A DNA stretch of 64,000 nucleotides from Takakia lepidozioides (lineage: Eukaryota > Plantae > Bryophyta), in the NCBI GenBank assembly GCA_030704615.1, contig CM060733.1, positions 558,001 through 622,000 on the forward strand. Reading direction: 5' to 3'. Every line of letters begins with the position of its first letter. Within the stretch, counting starts at the first letter, position 1. The position numbers and the translations under genes are program-made. Positions 39,167 to 54,100 of the stretch are shown one piece after another. A model generated the notes under the pieces. That model searched no databases and was not told where the DNA came from. It saw nothing but the letters and a program-made list of their open reading frames with translations.

Positions 39167-42100
39167 CCTGTCCTCTAGGAAGCCTATTGACATTGGGTGG
39201 ACTTGATACGGGAGTACATTAATGTCTTTGTGACTAAATGCCGGCCTTGTGACCTCGTGTCCTTGTTTGTTTCGACCTGAAGCGCTTTGCTTCAGGTAAG
39301 GTAGTGCATTGGATTTAGTTGGAAAGCTTGGGGCCTTTCCCTCTTTAGAATATGCCTACACGGGCCATTCCCTGCAACTCCCTGGAGTGTGATCTCTGAA
39401 TGGTAACAAGCGGACTCCTACCGCTTGGGGGCAGCCCCTCCGCCCAAATTGGGCAGTCGTATGCTCTGTCTAGCATACTCGGCACTTGGGCTCGGGTTGG
39501 TTCCTGTGCTTAAACTTATAGCCTGCGAGAACAATCAAAATTTTAGCTCCTATCAACATCAACACTCCTCAGGGTGATCCCTGGGAATTGGTTACTTATG
39601 CCAAATCTAGGGCTTCATGTGTAGTTTTTGGGGTGAATCCCAGGATGACAATGTGTCCTTTAAAACTACATGCTCTAGCTTAGGCTTGGATTTCATGGCT
39701 AATGGTACCATCTCGAGACTTGAACAGGGGTATGTTGAAGGTTGCAATGACCAAAAGTGCTTCTAATAGAGTCCCACATCAATTCAATCTCAAAGAAGTT
39801 CGTCCCTTGACTGGCTGGAGAGCGGTCTTAGACATTGGTGATTCAATGGGGCGCTCTAGGAAGACAACCAAGGGCAACGACTTCAACTTGAGAGTTTCTA
39901 ATCGGTTTGATGCTCTGGATGAGGTTGAATCCAAACAGCCAGAAGGACAAGATGCCCCTAAGTGTACGGAACCTGAACGTCCTGAATCTGAACGATTTGG
40001 TACTCTGAATGGTTTACCAATCCTCAAGGTTTACACAAGACGAACAAATTCTATACACGGGGTAATTGTCCCCAAGCCGTCAGATGGACAATCTGGCCCT
40101 AAGTGTGCAGAGCCTGAACGTCGTGTAACTGAAGGATTTGGTACTCTAAATGGTTTACCAATCCTCAAAGTCTACACAAGACGAGCAAAATCTATACACG
40201 GGGTAATTGTCCCCAAGCAGTCTGACGGACAATCTGCCCCTATGTGTGCGGAGCCTGTGCGTCGTGTAACTGAAAAATTTGGTACCCTGAATGGTTTACC
40301 AATTCTCAAAGTTTACACAAGACGAGCAAAATCTACACATGGGGTAACTGTCCCCCCTTTGCAGAACGGTTGGCCGTCCAGGAGCAATCACAAGCTACCT
40401 AGACGACAACCAATTCACATGCAAAGGGCTGGCTTGCGGCTGGCCATTTTCAACTTTCAGGGTTGACCAACCAAAGGAAACAACTCGAAGTGGGACAAGT
40501 TCTTCGGACTAATGATATTCATATCTGTGCTGGGCAAGAAACATGGGAAACGTCGGATAAACTGGTTGGAGATGTAAATGGTTATAAATGGGCAGGTAAG
40601 ATGTGTACTCTCAAGGCAGCCTCTGCCAAACGTGGTAAAAAAGGGGTTGGATTCTTTGTCCGTGATTTCTTGTTTGACAATTGTGAAATTATCAACAAGG
40701 GTTTGAGGTACGAGCATAGTATCTGGCTAAAACTGAATCTGAAGGGCAGCATGAGTACAAAGGACCTCTTTGTGGGTTGTGTTTACATGCCCACAGAGGG
40801 GACCCTTAGTGCTGACGAGACAAAGCCTTCGAAGATGTAAAGCTGGACTGTGCTTCGTTCCTTGCCAAAGGTCAGGTGGTACTATTGGGGGACTTCAATG
40901 CCCGGGTGGGCAAAGGGATCCATCAGGACGATATCATTGGACCTTTTGGTGAGGACGAGCTGAATTCTAATGGCAGACGGTTAATTAACTGTCTAGAAGA
41001 GCTTCAGCTTTTGACCTTGATAACAGGACAAGAGGTGACCAAGTGCAGTGGACTCGTGAGAAACCCCAAACTGGGGAACGTTCCATTGTGGACTATATCA
41101 TAATGGACAAAATTTTGTTCCCCCAGTGTGCCAATGTGTTGATCGACTGAACTGATATTGGTACCTCTGACCACTTCCTGGTTTGGACTGAGATCAAAAG
41201 GTGTTTTCCCACCACCAAGAGATCTGTGAAACGTTCGATTCGGAAGTGGCGCATAGAAAAATTCCACAATGAGGAGGTCAAGGCTGAGTACGTCCAGGCC
41301 TTGCAAGAGGCTCTCCCTCATTTTGTCCAATCGCTCCAAGAACTTCAGTCACGCTCTGTTAACGCAAGAAATGAAGTCGAAAGAGCAGTGGACTCTTGGG
41401 AGAGTTTCGTTTCCTCCGTGGCTGAAAAGATCATTGGGAGGAAACTAATTGTCTGCGGTAGAGCAGTTAATTGGTGGACCAATGAGATTAAACTCAAGAT
41501 AGCTGAGAGACGAGCCCTCTATAAAGAGTGCTGCAATTTGGAAACCAACAGAGAATTGTGGGCGAGGTACTACCAGCTCCGTAAAGATATCAATCAGCTT
41601 GTTAGGTCTCAGAAGAAATTATACTGGGACAAGTTATACAGTGAAATAAACTCAAACCACCATGGTGGTAATGACAAGAAATTCTGGTTGGCCTTCAACG
41701 TTTGTACAAGCCGAAAAACGGTCAGCAAGTACAAGCGCTGAAGACTACTAAAAGGTGCAGTGGTGACTTCATCGGTTGACATTGTCAAAACCTTTGAAAC
41801 TCACTACAGTATCCTGGCAGAACTTCTAGGTCTAACAGTGAGGGGTCTTCTGCTGAATGGAGGGACACAGTTGGAAAAACTGTTCCTATGATTCAAAACA
41901 GCCCTGATGAACTGGAGTATATTTCAATGGCTTATAATGCTCCCATTAGTTCTTCTGAGATTGTGGAAGCAATTGAACATTTAAATGGATATAAAGCTGG
42001 TGGACCTGATGGTATTGTCAACGAGCTTATCAAGCACGGTGGCGATCCCATGATAGAGGCCCTAGTTCTCCTCTTTAACCTTATCTGGAAGACTGAAATG

Positions 42101-44018
42101 ATCCCCTTCGCTGGCGACAGGGGGTCATTGTCAATCTATACAAGAAGGGTGACAGAGAAGAACCGGGGAACTACCGTGGCATCACCACTCCTCAATGCTG
42201 TTGGCAAGACATTCTGCAGAGTTATAAGTACTCGTCTCGAGGTTGATCTGGAGTCTAGAGGTTGTTTCCACGAAGGCCAAGCTGGCTTTCGGCGAAGCAG
42301 GGGCTGTGTGGATCATATCTTCACTCTAAGCCAGATTATCCAGGGAAGGAAAAAAGAAGGGAAACCCACTTATGTTTTTTTCCTGGATGTCAAAAAGGCT
42401 TATGACACAGTGTGGAGAGATGGCCTATGGTTCCGCCTCTGGTCTTGTGGGATCAAGGGAAAGATGTGGAGAGTTGTACAACTTGTATGCTCACACCAAA
42501 AGCTGTGTCACTGTTAACGGAAGAAGTCCAACTTCTTTGACATAGACCAAGGTGTCGCTCAAGGATGTACTCTCTCCCCTCTGCTCTTCAATGTTTTCAT
42601 CAATCAACTCCTTAAGGATGTGGAAAGTGAGGGATTTGGGTTAAGGGTGGGTGATACCACCATACCAGCCCTTATGTTTGCGGATGACTTCGCAGGCATA
42701 GGGGAGACTCCAACCAATCTCCAGGAGTTGATTGATTGCGCGAAGAGATACTTTGATCTTTGGGGGCTAGAGGCTAATGTCAGCAAATGTGCAGTGGTAG
42801 CATTCAACGACAGAGGAGGGAGGAAGTGATCTTAAGTGGCAGTGGGGTAGCCAAGAGATCCCGGTCCTCCCTTCCTACTCTTACCTGGGCGTTGAGTTTT
42901 CCTCCAATTGTAATCGGGATGCACATATCCGGAAAGTTGTTCAAACTGGCAAGGGCAAAGCTCTGGGGCTCACTAAATTTTTCCACTGCAGAGAACTCTG
43001 AGGTTAAGAAAACCATGCTTTGTCGCGTTATTAGACCTGCCTTGGAGTACGGATCTGCTATATGGGTTGATAACTCCAACCAGGCTAAGTCTCTAGAATC
43101 CATTCAAGTGGGGGTGCTTAAGGAGTGTATGTCAGCATGCTCCAAAACAGCCAACGTGGCTGTTCGGGGTGAGTTTGGCATTCCGTCCTTATGCTCCCGA
43201 CGAGATGAATTCAAGGTCAGATGGTGGGGTCAGCTGCAACATATGCCCAACACCAGATATCCTAAGTTAATCGACTCTATATCTTGGAAACAGGACCGCC
43301 CTGTCAAACAGGCTAAGTCCTGGCAGAAGAGAGTAGAAGAGATTCTCAAGGACCTGGACCTGATCCGCAAGCCTTGACCCTGCTGGATAAATCTGACTTA
43401 GAGGCTGTAGTGTCCTCAGCCATGTCTGTTGCCATGAGATTGTCTGATGAAAATGAAGTTAGGCAGAAAACTTCCCTGAACTTGTTTCCAGTCAGTGACA
43501 TGGGGGAGGACATCTTGGATGACCTCAAGGGTCTACCCACTCTCGGCACTAGACTGAAATTTAAACTCAGGGCAGGAAGCCTACCTTTGAACAGCAAACA
43601 GAAGCAGAGAGGAAAGGGAGAGTGCAATTGCCCGCTGTGTGGGCAATCTGAAGACAGTATTCACTTTCTGATACACTGTCCGGGGTTCTCTCACCAAAGA
43701 GACGCTCTCTTCAACTCTATCAAGGGAATTGTGCCTGTACCCCTGTTTAACAACTTTGAAAGTCTCGAGGCTGAGCCAAAAGCCCAGGCCCTTCTGAGGC
43801 CTAGTTTTTGGGCAAATCACACACAGCAGATTGATGCTTGTGTGAAGGGATTTCTAGAGGATATCTGGAAAACCCGGATTAATTCTTTATATGAAGGTAA
43901 GTCTTACTACCAACGTCAGCCCCTGACAGAGGTAGGTTCTGTTCCTTTTGTTCCCGCTCAAACTGGGCGCGGGGTCAATGGCCACAAGGCTACGGCAAAC
44001 AACGTCTTACGAGTACAA
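39162..44018 (+). mobile_element. Near full-length LINE (APE endonuclease - RT - CCHC; RTE/RTEX-like single ORF) inserted in (CT)n
   Basis: LAIFNFQG, AGQETW, LLGDFNARVG, SIVDYII, SDHFLV (APE). QAGFR, FLDVKKAYDTV, GVAQGCTLSPLLF, MFADDF (RT). CPLCGQSEDSIHFLIHCP. The frame is broken by several small indels. Confidence 0.92.
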
Positions 44019-46192
44019 TCTCTCTCTCTCTCTCTCTCTCTATTTCCTTGAATGTGGATACGTTCTTTGTAACAACACTCGAGCTGCCTGATCCCTCTGG
44101 CTCTTTCTCCATCCTTGAACATACAGGTCATTTGATGGCAAACTAATACATGATATCTTGTGCTAGGTCCTGTAGCAGCAGCATAATAGAGTATATGTGT
44201 ACACCTTTTACATGATCCGGTCACTGTACATTGCTCTCTTGGCTGGTCTACTGTAGCCAATGCCTTCTATCAGCATTAGGAAACCTGAAAATGAGAGGCT
44301 TAAGGAATTTTTTTTTCTCTCTCTCTTTCCTTGAATGTTGCTAAGATCTTTATAGACAGCATTTAAGAATTGCCTGATCCCGTTATTCTGTTTTCAGACT
44401 TTTTTTTGTCTAGAACGGAATGGGGAATTGGATAACGGGATGATCACTGGGATGACTCATGAGGGTGACTCATTAGTGTTCACCCTGGAGGTCTTAACGT
44501 CTTAACCTAAAGCTGCTGCCCTATATGGTTTAATATGCTTGGCCACTCTTCTCATTTGGAAGAGGGGCAGGCAAGAGCTGAAGGAGCTGACTACACTATG
44601 GCTACAAGCAAGGTATCCGAGACTCCTTCAACAGGTGTGATGGGCTGCTTAGTATGGCAACACAAAGAGAGTTGACACTATCAGGAACTTACATGGACTT
44701 GACTAAGCTCTACTCTGAATCTAGGAATACTTGTGCAAAACCAAGGGCTTCTATATGGGTCCTTGCTTGAGTACTTGGTCTTCCTTTTGGGAATAGGTGC
44801 TTGTTGTCATGCTTACTTGATTAAGCTCTACTCTGATTCTATGAATACTTTTGCAAACCAAAGACAATGGCAGTAGGTTAAACCCTCATAACTTGCAACG
44901 CAACACTGGCACTGGAAGGCTTGGAATTGCAAGAAGGGTATCCTGTTGATAAGGTTGTAGCCCACAGTCACAGATCTCTGCCATCTACTCTTCCCCACCA
45001 GGTGTAGAGTGTTCGAGCATGTGAATGTTGAGAACCTAAGGCTTCACCACTCCGACTTTGATTAGTAGCAAGCTATACCGATGCACACATATATTGAAGA
45101 TAATGGCATAACATCCTAAAAGTTGAAAATATACCTTCAAGGACACCCCCATAGAGTACTCGTGATGTAGCAGCAGCACATAAGCTCTCCTGAACCAGCT
45201 ATATGAATTGTTGGTATCAGGAAAGCTACTGGACCTCAGCAGATCCTCTCTCATATTCTCATCCAAGCTATCCTGCATAGAAACTCAAACAAGCGGCCCT
45301 AAAGGAAATTGGATAGAGTGCAATTTCATGCCCAACAAACCATGGTCGCTTTCATCACTAGAGCTCCTGAAGAGACTGGCAGGATGCGAAGGAAGCAGGG
45401 GTGAAAGACTAATCGAACCATCTAGTAGCTGAGCTTACAGTGGGGCAAACTTCTCTATGCAAACATTGTGCCAAAGGCTCTTTTGACAGAAGACAGAAAA
45501 AATGATGGTAGATCATTCACCAGACTAGTCATTTGAAACCTGTAAACAATATTCTAGGGTTTCCTATCACCATCTTATTGTCAAATGCTGTATGGTTTTC
45601 AAGGTCCCTGCCGGTGCAGAAGTAAGCCTGAGGTTGACAGGGGCCTTAGAAACAACGCTCTCTAGATACAACTTGTGGAGACAAAGATACAACATATTCT
45701 CATCAGACAACAGTCACTATTTTTTCTATGATAAAAGAGCAGAGGAATTAGGAGCACTGACAAGTTGTGCCGGTGTGTCCTCACCGGTTTGAATCAAAGC
45801 TGCTCTGCCACCGGCACCCTGCTCACCCTGTAAGAACTCATCTTCAGCAAAATCCTCTTCTACCAATCACTCCATGTTCGAGACACGGGACACAAAGAGA
45901 AGACAGATCCGATTCATTGACTCAAACTAGCGCATCCCAAGTGCAGCGGCGGCGAGAGACTCTATATGCTGAATGAGTTGCGCTGCTATGACCATTCACG
46001 AGCTTTGCACACCATGGAATGTACCCAACGCTCCTGACATACTCTACTCCACTCCTTCTACCTGCTATTGTAAAAAACGATCTCTTTCCCTTGCATGCAG
46101 CAGCCTCGTTATACTTCTTGCTCACCAACACAAACCCTAGTCTATCACCCTCGGCAAATATTTCTATGCTCTTCATAACCCAAAATCTTAGA

Positions 46193-47002
46193 CTATGTAT
46201 CCAAGGCCGGACCTCCGAGATCCCTCCATGGATCCTCTAACATCGACTTTCTGTAGAACAACTCCGGTCGCTCTCTTGCTGATATACCAACCCAGGTATC
46301 CCCCGTTCTTCGATACTTTTGGGCTCGGCCCATTCTTTCTCCATTTCTGGTGGCATTGTCCAGGCAAGGGCTCCCTCTTCCAAGCCCACCTTGATTGGAA
46401 TCTGGCCATCGGTTTGCCCTCGCTCCGAAACTACCGCCATAACCTCGCCCTCCTCTGCTACCTCCATGAAATTGTCCATAATTAGTCTCTCTGCTCTGCT
46501 CACGGGGATTCCGACCCAGGCCAAGGCTTTGAGAGGGAGATACAGGCACATGAGGACCCGGAATGTGGCTTGGACTGAAGGCACTAGGAGAAGGACCCGG
46601 ACCATAACAACCAGAGATGTTTATGGGGCTGCCGAACCCCCCCGCCTGGGGACTAAATGGAGGAGCTGGGCTCCCTGGGGGATAGAAATCAGGTTGCCAG
46701 ATTGGCCCTGTTGGCCTGCTCAAGAGAGGAGGTGCACCAAAGTTGGCAGGGTGGAAATGACGGGGAGGAGGAGTTCCTGCCCAAGGGAGTCCCCTTCCTT
46801 TCCCCTTAGAAGTTTTGAAGGCCGCCACTGGGTCTGAGTAGTAGTCGAACCCAGGTGTTGCAATCTCTTCCGGAAGCAGCTCCGGCTGGTCAAAAGGGTT
46901 GGAAAGCATTGGAGTCACAGGTGAAGGCGAAGGTGTCCGTTGACATTCGGCTTGCTCGCGCATCACCCGTAGCCTCTCTCTCCTCTTTTCTGATTCTTCC
47001 AT
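46193..47002 (-). CDS. SIC: SICKLE-like protein (MPLKIP-type C-terminal motif), intronless, 269 aa
   Basis: MEESEKRRERLRVMR, LSNPF, FDYYSDPVAAF, a Pro/Gly-rich centre and FYRKSMLEDPWRDL match plant SICKLE motifs. Confidence 0.88.
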   Translation of the reverse strand: MEESEKRRERLRVMREQAECQRTPSPSPVTPMLSNPFDQPELLPEEIATPGFDYYSDPVAAFKTSKGKGRGLPWAGTPPPRHFHPANFGAPPLLSRPTGPIWQPDFYPPGSPAPPFSPQAGGFGSPINISGCYGPGPSPSAFSPSHIPGPHVPVSPSQSLGLGRNPREQSRETNYGQFHGGSRGGRGYGGSFGARANRWPDSNQGGLGRGSPCLDNATRNGERMGRAQKYRRTGDTWVGISARERPELFYRKSMLEDPWRDLGGPALDT

Positions 47003-47712
47003 GAAGTTGGGGGCAAAGTCACAAGTAGGGAGGCAAACAATCAAGAGTAGAGTGAGACTCGAGACCCACAAATGTCACACAACCTAGGCCTCTGCGAAAT
47101 CCTAGGCTTGAATCTGATCCGACCTTCCAAATCCGCTCTTGGAGACTTACCACAGATGTAAAGACCTGCCAAAGAACTTCCTTAGCATTTAGCGTGCCCT
47201 TAAGAAGCAGAATCCATCGGGGGTACAGAATCATCTCTCACCTCTGAACTTTGTGTCTCTCAATGCCTCTATCAACGATCCGAAAATAGTAAGCAAATCA
47301 AAAGATGCCACGTAGCTTCGAGTAGCCCGCGTCACCTTCTATGCCTTCTTCTCCCGCTGTTGTAGCTTCACCTTCGTGATTCACCGTATGCATCTAGAGT
47401 ATGTGGATGTGGGCTGTAGCAAAGAGAAGTAACGATATAAAGCAGGAGTAAGGTTGGGTTCAATGAGATGATGGCATCGTTAGATGAATTAGCACAACAC
47501 TACCAGAGTGTGGGCCGATGCAAAGGGCTTCAGAGTGCAATCGCAGCTTAAGTTGATAGCTGTGTGATGGTAAATGGTAGATGCTTGGTTGGGGGGGGGG
47601 GCTTCGGTTAAGTTATGCGTCTTTTAGGTGTGAAATTCGACCAGCCTGATGTAGGAGACGCTGGCGACGCTTGCAAGTGCTAATACGTTGTTAGTTCCAT
47701 TTAGTGAGAGAG

Positions 47713-50144
47713 ATGGCGAGTGTGAGGGTGGTGGGAGTGGTGGGAGCGGGACAGATGGGGTCGGGCATAGCTCAAGTGGCAGCAGCAGCAAACATCGAAG
47801 TGATCATGTTGGATGTGGACCAGGCTGCACTGGGTCGTGGCATTGGCGCCATTACTTCTTCTTTGCAACGCTTTGTGAAGAAAGGCTCTGTTTCCAAGGT
47901 TCCTTCAACTGAACGCCTTACGCCTCATTTCAACTTCTTGTCTTTTTGGGCAAGCTTACTCAATTCGCTCAATCATTGATGGAATTGTAATTTAGTGATG
48001 ATTGGAATCTCCCAGAGAATCACATGTTCACGTTTCCATGTCTGTTCAATTCCGTATCATTTTCAGCCCTCTTTAGTGTGCATTTCAAAGACACCGGCAT
48101 CGAGGGTGTTGGGTAAATAACAAACTGAATTGTCGATCGCACTACCATTATTATAAATGAATGACGGGCAATTGAGAGCAGTGAGCAATTTCAATCATAG
48201 AATTGTTGTCAGTACGTTTAGTGGTTGGAGAGAGAACAACTGATTGAGAAAGAGGATAATATCATTGAAGGGTGAATACTTGGGTACATATGCACCAGGA
48301 CTTCGTTGTCAAAGTATTGTCTATACTTGTGAAGAATGAATACAGCAGAATCATGGAGTAAGTTTATAACGACTTCGGTAACGGTCACAAGAAAGACTCA
48401 ACATGGACTGAAATGTGTTGCGAAAGAGTAGTCCATCAGGACAAACAGAGAAGTCCCAGGATTTGCCAAATTGCTTCCAAAGTAAAATATCATTTGGAGA
48501 AACACTTGGGTTCCTCTGACTTCACTTACAAACCAAGGAGTTATTGCATTCAACCGACCATGGATAAGAGCAGAGAGGAAGCTAGATTGTACCACTCCAA
48601 GTATGGTGCAAGTTCAGAGTTTTTAGTTCACATACAACCCACCTCCTGCCTGCCCCACAATTGTGCAGTGTTGGGGAGACACAGCTGGTAAGGAGTGGGA
48701 TTATACACCAGGTGGGCTGCTCATGCGTGAACCAATGAAAGCGTTTTCAGCTGTTCATGGAGATTTTAACATGAGAGGACGGTGCATCAGCGGCCACCGT
48801 ACAGACGGTCATCTCTATAGCAAATAGTATTCCAGGAAGAAATTTACCCAAACCCAGTCCTCTCTATCTCATAGTTCTAGTAACTTCTATTGGACTGCTT
48901 TATTAAACCTGGTTTGTTAATACAGGAGGAGGCAGATGCTACAGTGGCTCGGGTTAAGACAACAACTTCACTGCAAGACATGAGTGGTGCTGATGTGGTG
49001 ATTGAGGCTGTGGCTGAGAATGAGGCCCTCAAAACTCATATTTTTGGGGAGCTTGACAAACTTCTAAAACCCTCAGCCATTTTGGCATCCAACACTAGCT
49101 CCATATCCATCACCCGGCTGGCAGCCTCCACACAGCGCCCTAAGCAGGTGTTAAGGTTATGCCTTGTTCAATTCTAGATTTCTCTCAGTTGATAGACTGT
49201 AGCTCTCTTTGCCTTTAAAACAGATGCTGTAGCCTGGAAGCATGTACACAACCTTCCAGGTTAGGTGGACAGTCTCACTGCCATAGCTCTGCTGCAGCCA
49301 ACCCTATCACATGTGCAAGATTAAGCTCACAAGAGTGGCACATGGCAGTGCAGGTGATAGGCATGCATTTTATGAATCCACCGCCCATCATGGAGCTGGT
49401 GGAGGTTGTGCGGGGGATTGCCACTGATGATGATGTTTTTGACACCATCAAGGCCCTGGCTGAAAGGTGCCATGCTGTCCTGGATCCGTTGCATGTGGTG
49501 CTGATTAGATTATTGTAGTTCTACCTTGTTTAGAGATACTGGCATGGGCATTGTGCAGTGGTCACCGGGAGTGAGCCGAGAGTGTAAATGCAGCATTGTT
49601 GTATGTTGTAGGTGCAGTCCCATTTTGAGTTTGTCACTCTGCAGAGTGTCGCAAGAATGTGCATGCTTTTTTTCTCACACATTTTCTCTTGCATCAATGG
49701 TTCTACCTAAAGGATTTTACTAGAGGTTTTATCAATACTTCTGAATGGCTTTATAGTATACTGTTTGATAGCTGCCTCATGGTTTCTTGATGTGGACCCA
49801 GGTGTGGAAAAATTGTGAGCTGTTCTCGGGACTACCCAGGGTTCATTGTCAACCGCATATTGATGCCAATGATCAACGAGGCCTTCTTTGCCCTGCTGGA
49901 GGGGGTAGGCTCCCCACATGATATCGACACAGGTATGAAACTCGGAACCAATCAGCCCATGGGGCCTCTTGCGCTTGCAGACTTCATCGGTCTAGATACA
50001 TGCCTATCAATCATGCGTGTTCTCAATCAGGGGCTTGGAGATTCCAAGTACCGACCATGCCCACTGCTAGTTCAGTATGTGGATGCAGGGTGGCTGGGAC
50101 GCAAAAGTGGGCGGGGCGTATATAAGTACAATTCCTCCCTATAA
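47713..50144 (+). CDS. 3-hydroxybutyryl-CoA / 3-hydroxyacyl-CoA dehydrogenase, 4 exons
   Basis: Exons 47713-47898, 48926-49147, 49354-49466 and 49802-50144. Motifs [46 protein letters not shown] and [15 protein letters not shown]. Confidence 0.95.
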
Positions 50145-51119
50145 TCTCATTAATCGTAGGGAGGCTCCTCCAGTATAAGTTGGTCTCTCACTTGATCTGG
50201 TGCTGGATGGTCAGAAGGAACCACAACCCACATGTCCCTTGAAATAAACCCTTGGGCTCTACTGTGAATAGAGCAATATGCAGGACTTTCAGCAAGAACT
50301 GGAAGTTTTGTGACTCCATCTTAAATCTGATTATGGGCCTGTAACTTCTCATCCCTTGCTTACTGGTATACAAGGTTCTTTTGTGTCCTCTGATCCCATC
50401 CATGGCACACTAGTGCATTTGGTGTTACACCATAAACTCTATGTTGAACTTCCTTTGACAATTTCCTTTTTTCCGAGAGAGAAGAATTTTGAGGTGTAGA
50501 TCCCTATTTCCACATGTGAAATTGTACCCAACCATTTTCTTCTTATTTTCCCACATTGTTTCACAAAGCTGTTCTCCTTAACTACCTTTCAATGTATATA
50601 TTCATCCTTCAACCTCTACAGAAGGGCAGTCTTGGAGTATAAAATAACAATCCCTAGTAAACAACCCCACCCATGGAAGTCTGCAGATAGTTCATTATTT
50701 GGTCACTGCCATGCTTCATTCTATCTGATTATCATTTGAAGAAAAAGGCAACATCACCCTCCTCAGAATCGATATCCCTCCTGAAAATGATGTAGCTGGA
50801 CATTAAATCCCTTCCTTTACTTTCTGAGTTACAACTTTAATCCCGGAACATCATCAGATCCAGTCTCTTCACTCTGGAACCAGAATAGTAGTATCTACAG
50901 AATAGTAGTATCTATCTATGAGCTCCAGCCCAATTCAGTGCAGGGCTGTAACCATAACGCACCAAATTGGAAGTCTAGTAAGTCATCTCTCTCAGCAGAT
51001 CCCAGGCCAGATTTGGCCACCATAGCAAACAGTGCCATGGACAAACTGTTCCTCTCTTTTCATATCCCTTCCGGTCTTGGAAGCTGATGCCACAGTAACT
51101 CTGACTCACGTCCCATGAA

Positions 51120-54100
51120 TCAAGCAAATTTTGTATCTCTCAGGTCATCTCTGCGCAAGGATTGATCTGCAAGAAGCTGCTTAGTTCTCTCTAGCACAGC
51201 AAAGAAGATGGAGCCTCCAATGCCAATCCATATAACTCTGGGACCAAGACCCTGCACACACCAACAGCCGGTTGATTTTCAAATCATTGGAAACTTGCTT
51301 TTTTGGGCCATGCACGTCTGAAATGAATTCCCTCCATTCCTGTCCATTCCTAAAGAGACTTCTACTTCTTTTTCTCTGATTTTCCCTTTTTCGTTTAAGA
51401 TGGAAGGGGCCTGATTAGAACACCTTGACGTTACATAAAACACATGAAAAGCAATCAAGGCCGAAAGCCAGAGACACAACAAAAAAGGCCAAAAGCCCAC
51501 AGAAAAGCCGGAGCTTCAAGAACTACCCTGAATCTCAAAGATGTGCACGAGGCACCATTCAGCTTCTGAAGGACCGGAAAGTGCTTCAGCCCGCATCAGG
51601 AAGAACTCTCCACACAACATTTGGGGTTTTATAATGCAATCTTATGAGTTTGTGTTTTACATGGTCCACAGGCCTTCGAAGGGCATAACAAATTTCTTCT
51701 CTCTCCCCTCTCCCCAACCTTCACAGGAACTTCAATGTGTACATCCTCTCTCTCACTTCAGGCACTTTGGTCTGCTTTGAGGTGTGTTTGGAATCCCAAT
51801 TGGAACTCTTATCCCCTAGACCTTCCAGCTTTCATCATATCATTCTCACTCCTTTTTTCTTATTGCAAGGCAAAGGGTGTCATATAGACTGTGAACTTCT
51901 TCTGCTGACCAGGATAGATATAGAGCCTGAATCTTTTTAACCAAGTACCTACATGAAGGAAATGGAGGACAGCAAAAACACACCCACCTTAAACAATGCA
52001 CTTGCACCCTCTTCTTTGATTATCTTTGACACGCAGTCACCAATGCCCCTATATTGTCCTTTTGTTCCCTGCATCATGGAATCACGCTTACAACATTTTC
52101 TGTCCAGAAAACATGCTATGGGCAGTGTAGAAACAAACAGAGACACCCATAAATAAAGACTGTACCATAGTTGACACCATTAATAAAAAAGATATGAATG
52201 GAGGTATGCCTGGATCATGAGCCGGGTCTTGATTACATCAAGTGGTGTTGTTACTGCACCCGTGATGGCACCTGGAGGAATAGCATGTTATTTGTCACAA
52301 GAGAAGGTATTCATTCCACCATAGCCTTGGGGAAAAGAAACAGTAAGAAAGTGAGGCGGAATAAAGAGATGAGGAGTTACTCGCATTTTGACTGGGAGAG
52401 CAACCACAAAAGTGACAATTCACCCCATGCTCGATGCCAGCCCATCATCTACATTCAATCCCCTGTACAAGTTGTTGCCACTTTTGTGCGCCAGTGATTT
52501 GGCAATTTCAGGGTACACCATAGCCAACACATGCAGAGAGCAGACAATGGATGAAGTGTCCCTCCTATCTATGTTACGGATTGGTGAAAATATATACCGG
52601 AGATTGCACCAATAAGGGCGGTCTCTGGATCCAAGAGGTCCCTTTTCACCTGCAGCAGCATTCAATAGATAGTTTCAATTTGATGACATCATCTAGGGTC
52701 AACTCTGTCTCATGGTTCAAGTACCGCATGCATTCTGAGCTGCCAAAAACAGCATTGACAAAAACCACTTAAAGCTAACCTAATTGTTCAAAAGCCATAT
52801 TACTTCCTCTCTCCCCCTCACTACCCCTGCCCTCTGTATGGCTCAAGTGTTTATGAGATGGATGGAACTGGGGCCCAGCACGCCCCTATAATATACCCAG
52901 CCCTGCTCAAGCTCAGGGGCCCTCTCTCTTGCTTGATCGGTTTCATTTTGTCTGTATTTCATTGTGAGGAGTGTGATAACTGGGTAGACCTTCAACCATA
53001 AATATCTATTTAATACAGTCAATTTTCTATGGTTCCGTGTGTGAGGGTGTGTCTCAGTTCTCAGTACCGATTTTCTATACCCAATCTTGAGCTGCTCATA
53101 AATGCAGAACTGAATTGCATCAAATGGTAGATCCCGCAACAGAAATGATCCAAATCCCTGCACAGTTTTGTAGTACATGTCAACGTTTGAAATCGGATGG
53201 ACAATGATTCAGAGATATCAGACGCACATCAACATATAATTTCTCTAAAAAAGACACCTTTTCAAGGGACTTCCATGCCCATGTATTTGAAAGACTGATT
53301 TCAGCCAGGTTACTCCAATCACCAAGGGGCTGAGAATATCTTCATTAGAAGATGGATATTTTCTCCTCACAGCCATGACCCCCAGTTTGAGCACAACCAC
53401 AAGAAGGGCAGCAAGGGAGGAAAGACGTGAAGGAATTTACGAAGGGAATTACTTGGCTGAAAGGGAAAAGACAGACAAAGCGATATCTAAAAGTGTGACG
53501 CTTTGGACATTCATCACACTACCATAGGAGAGAGCTCATACTGCGTAGAGACCCCGAAAGCCTTCCTTGGCCACAATTCCTCGCACTGCTACAGGGGCTG
53601 AGGCAAACTGCCCTGTTTGCATCCTTTGCTTCACTACCTGCAGCCATGATACAGTTTAGCAGAGCGTCTCTCTCCCCCCCTCCTCTTGGTGTGCCAGAAG
53701 CCTACAAACAAGTGAAGTCCAAAGAGTGCAAGCTCTCTCTCTCACAGAGCTACTTCAACCACCTCTCAGGCTTGAGGGAAAAAAAATCTGGAAGGGCAAA
53801 ACGTGGTGCACCTCAGTGGGCACCCGAACCAGCGATGCTACTGCACCTCCTGCAGCTCCCGCTGTCTGCCACAACCCACTTCTTCCATCACTTTATCTGA
53901 CTTCACATATCTCCCTTTGTGAGGATCAATCAATGAGAGGAAGAGCTACTCTAGCATGCACCTAAAAGCAAGTGCAAACTCCAACTGTGCACGATTGAAG
54001 CTATGCCATCTGGATTCTCACCAGATGTGCAACAGAGCTGAGGTGATCTGGGAACATCTCCAGCAGCTTGCGCTTTAAGGGTTCGTACACTCCCACAAAT

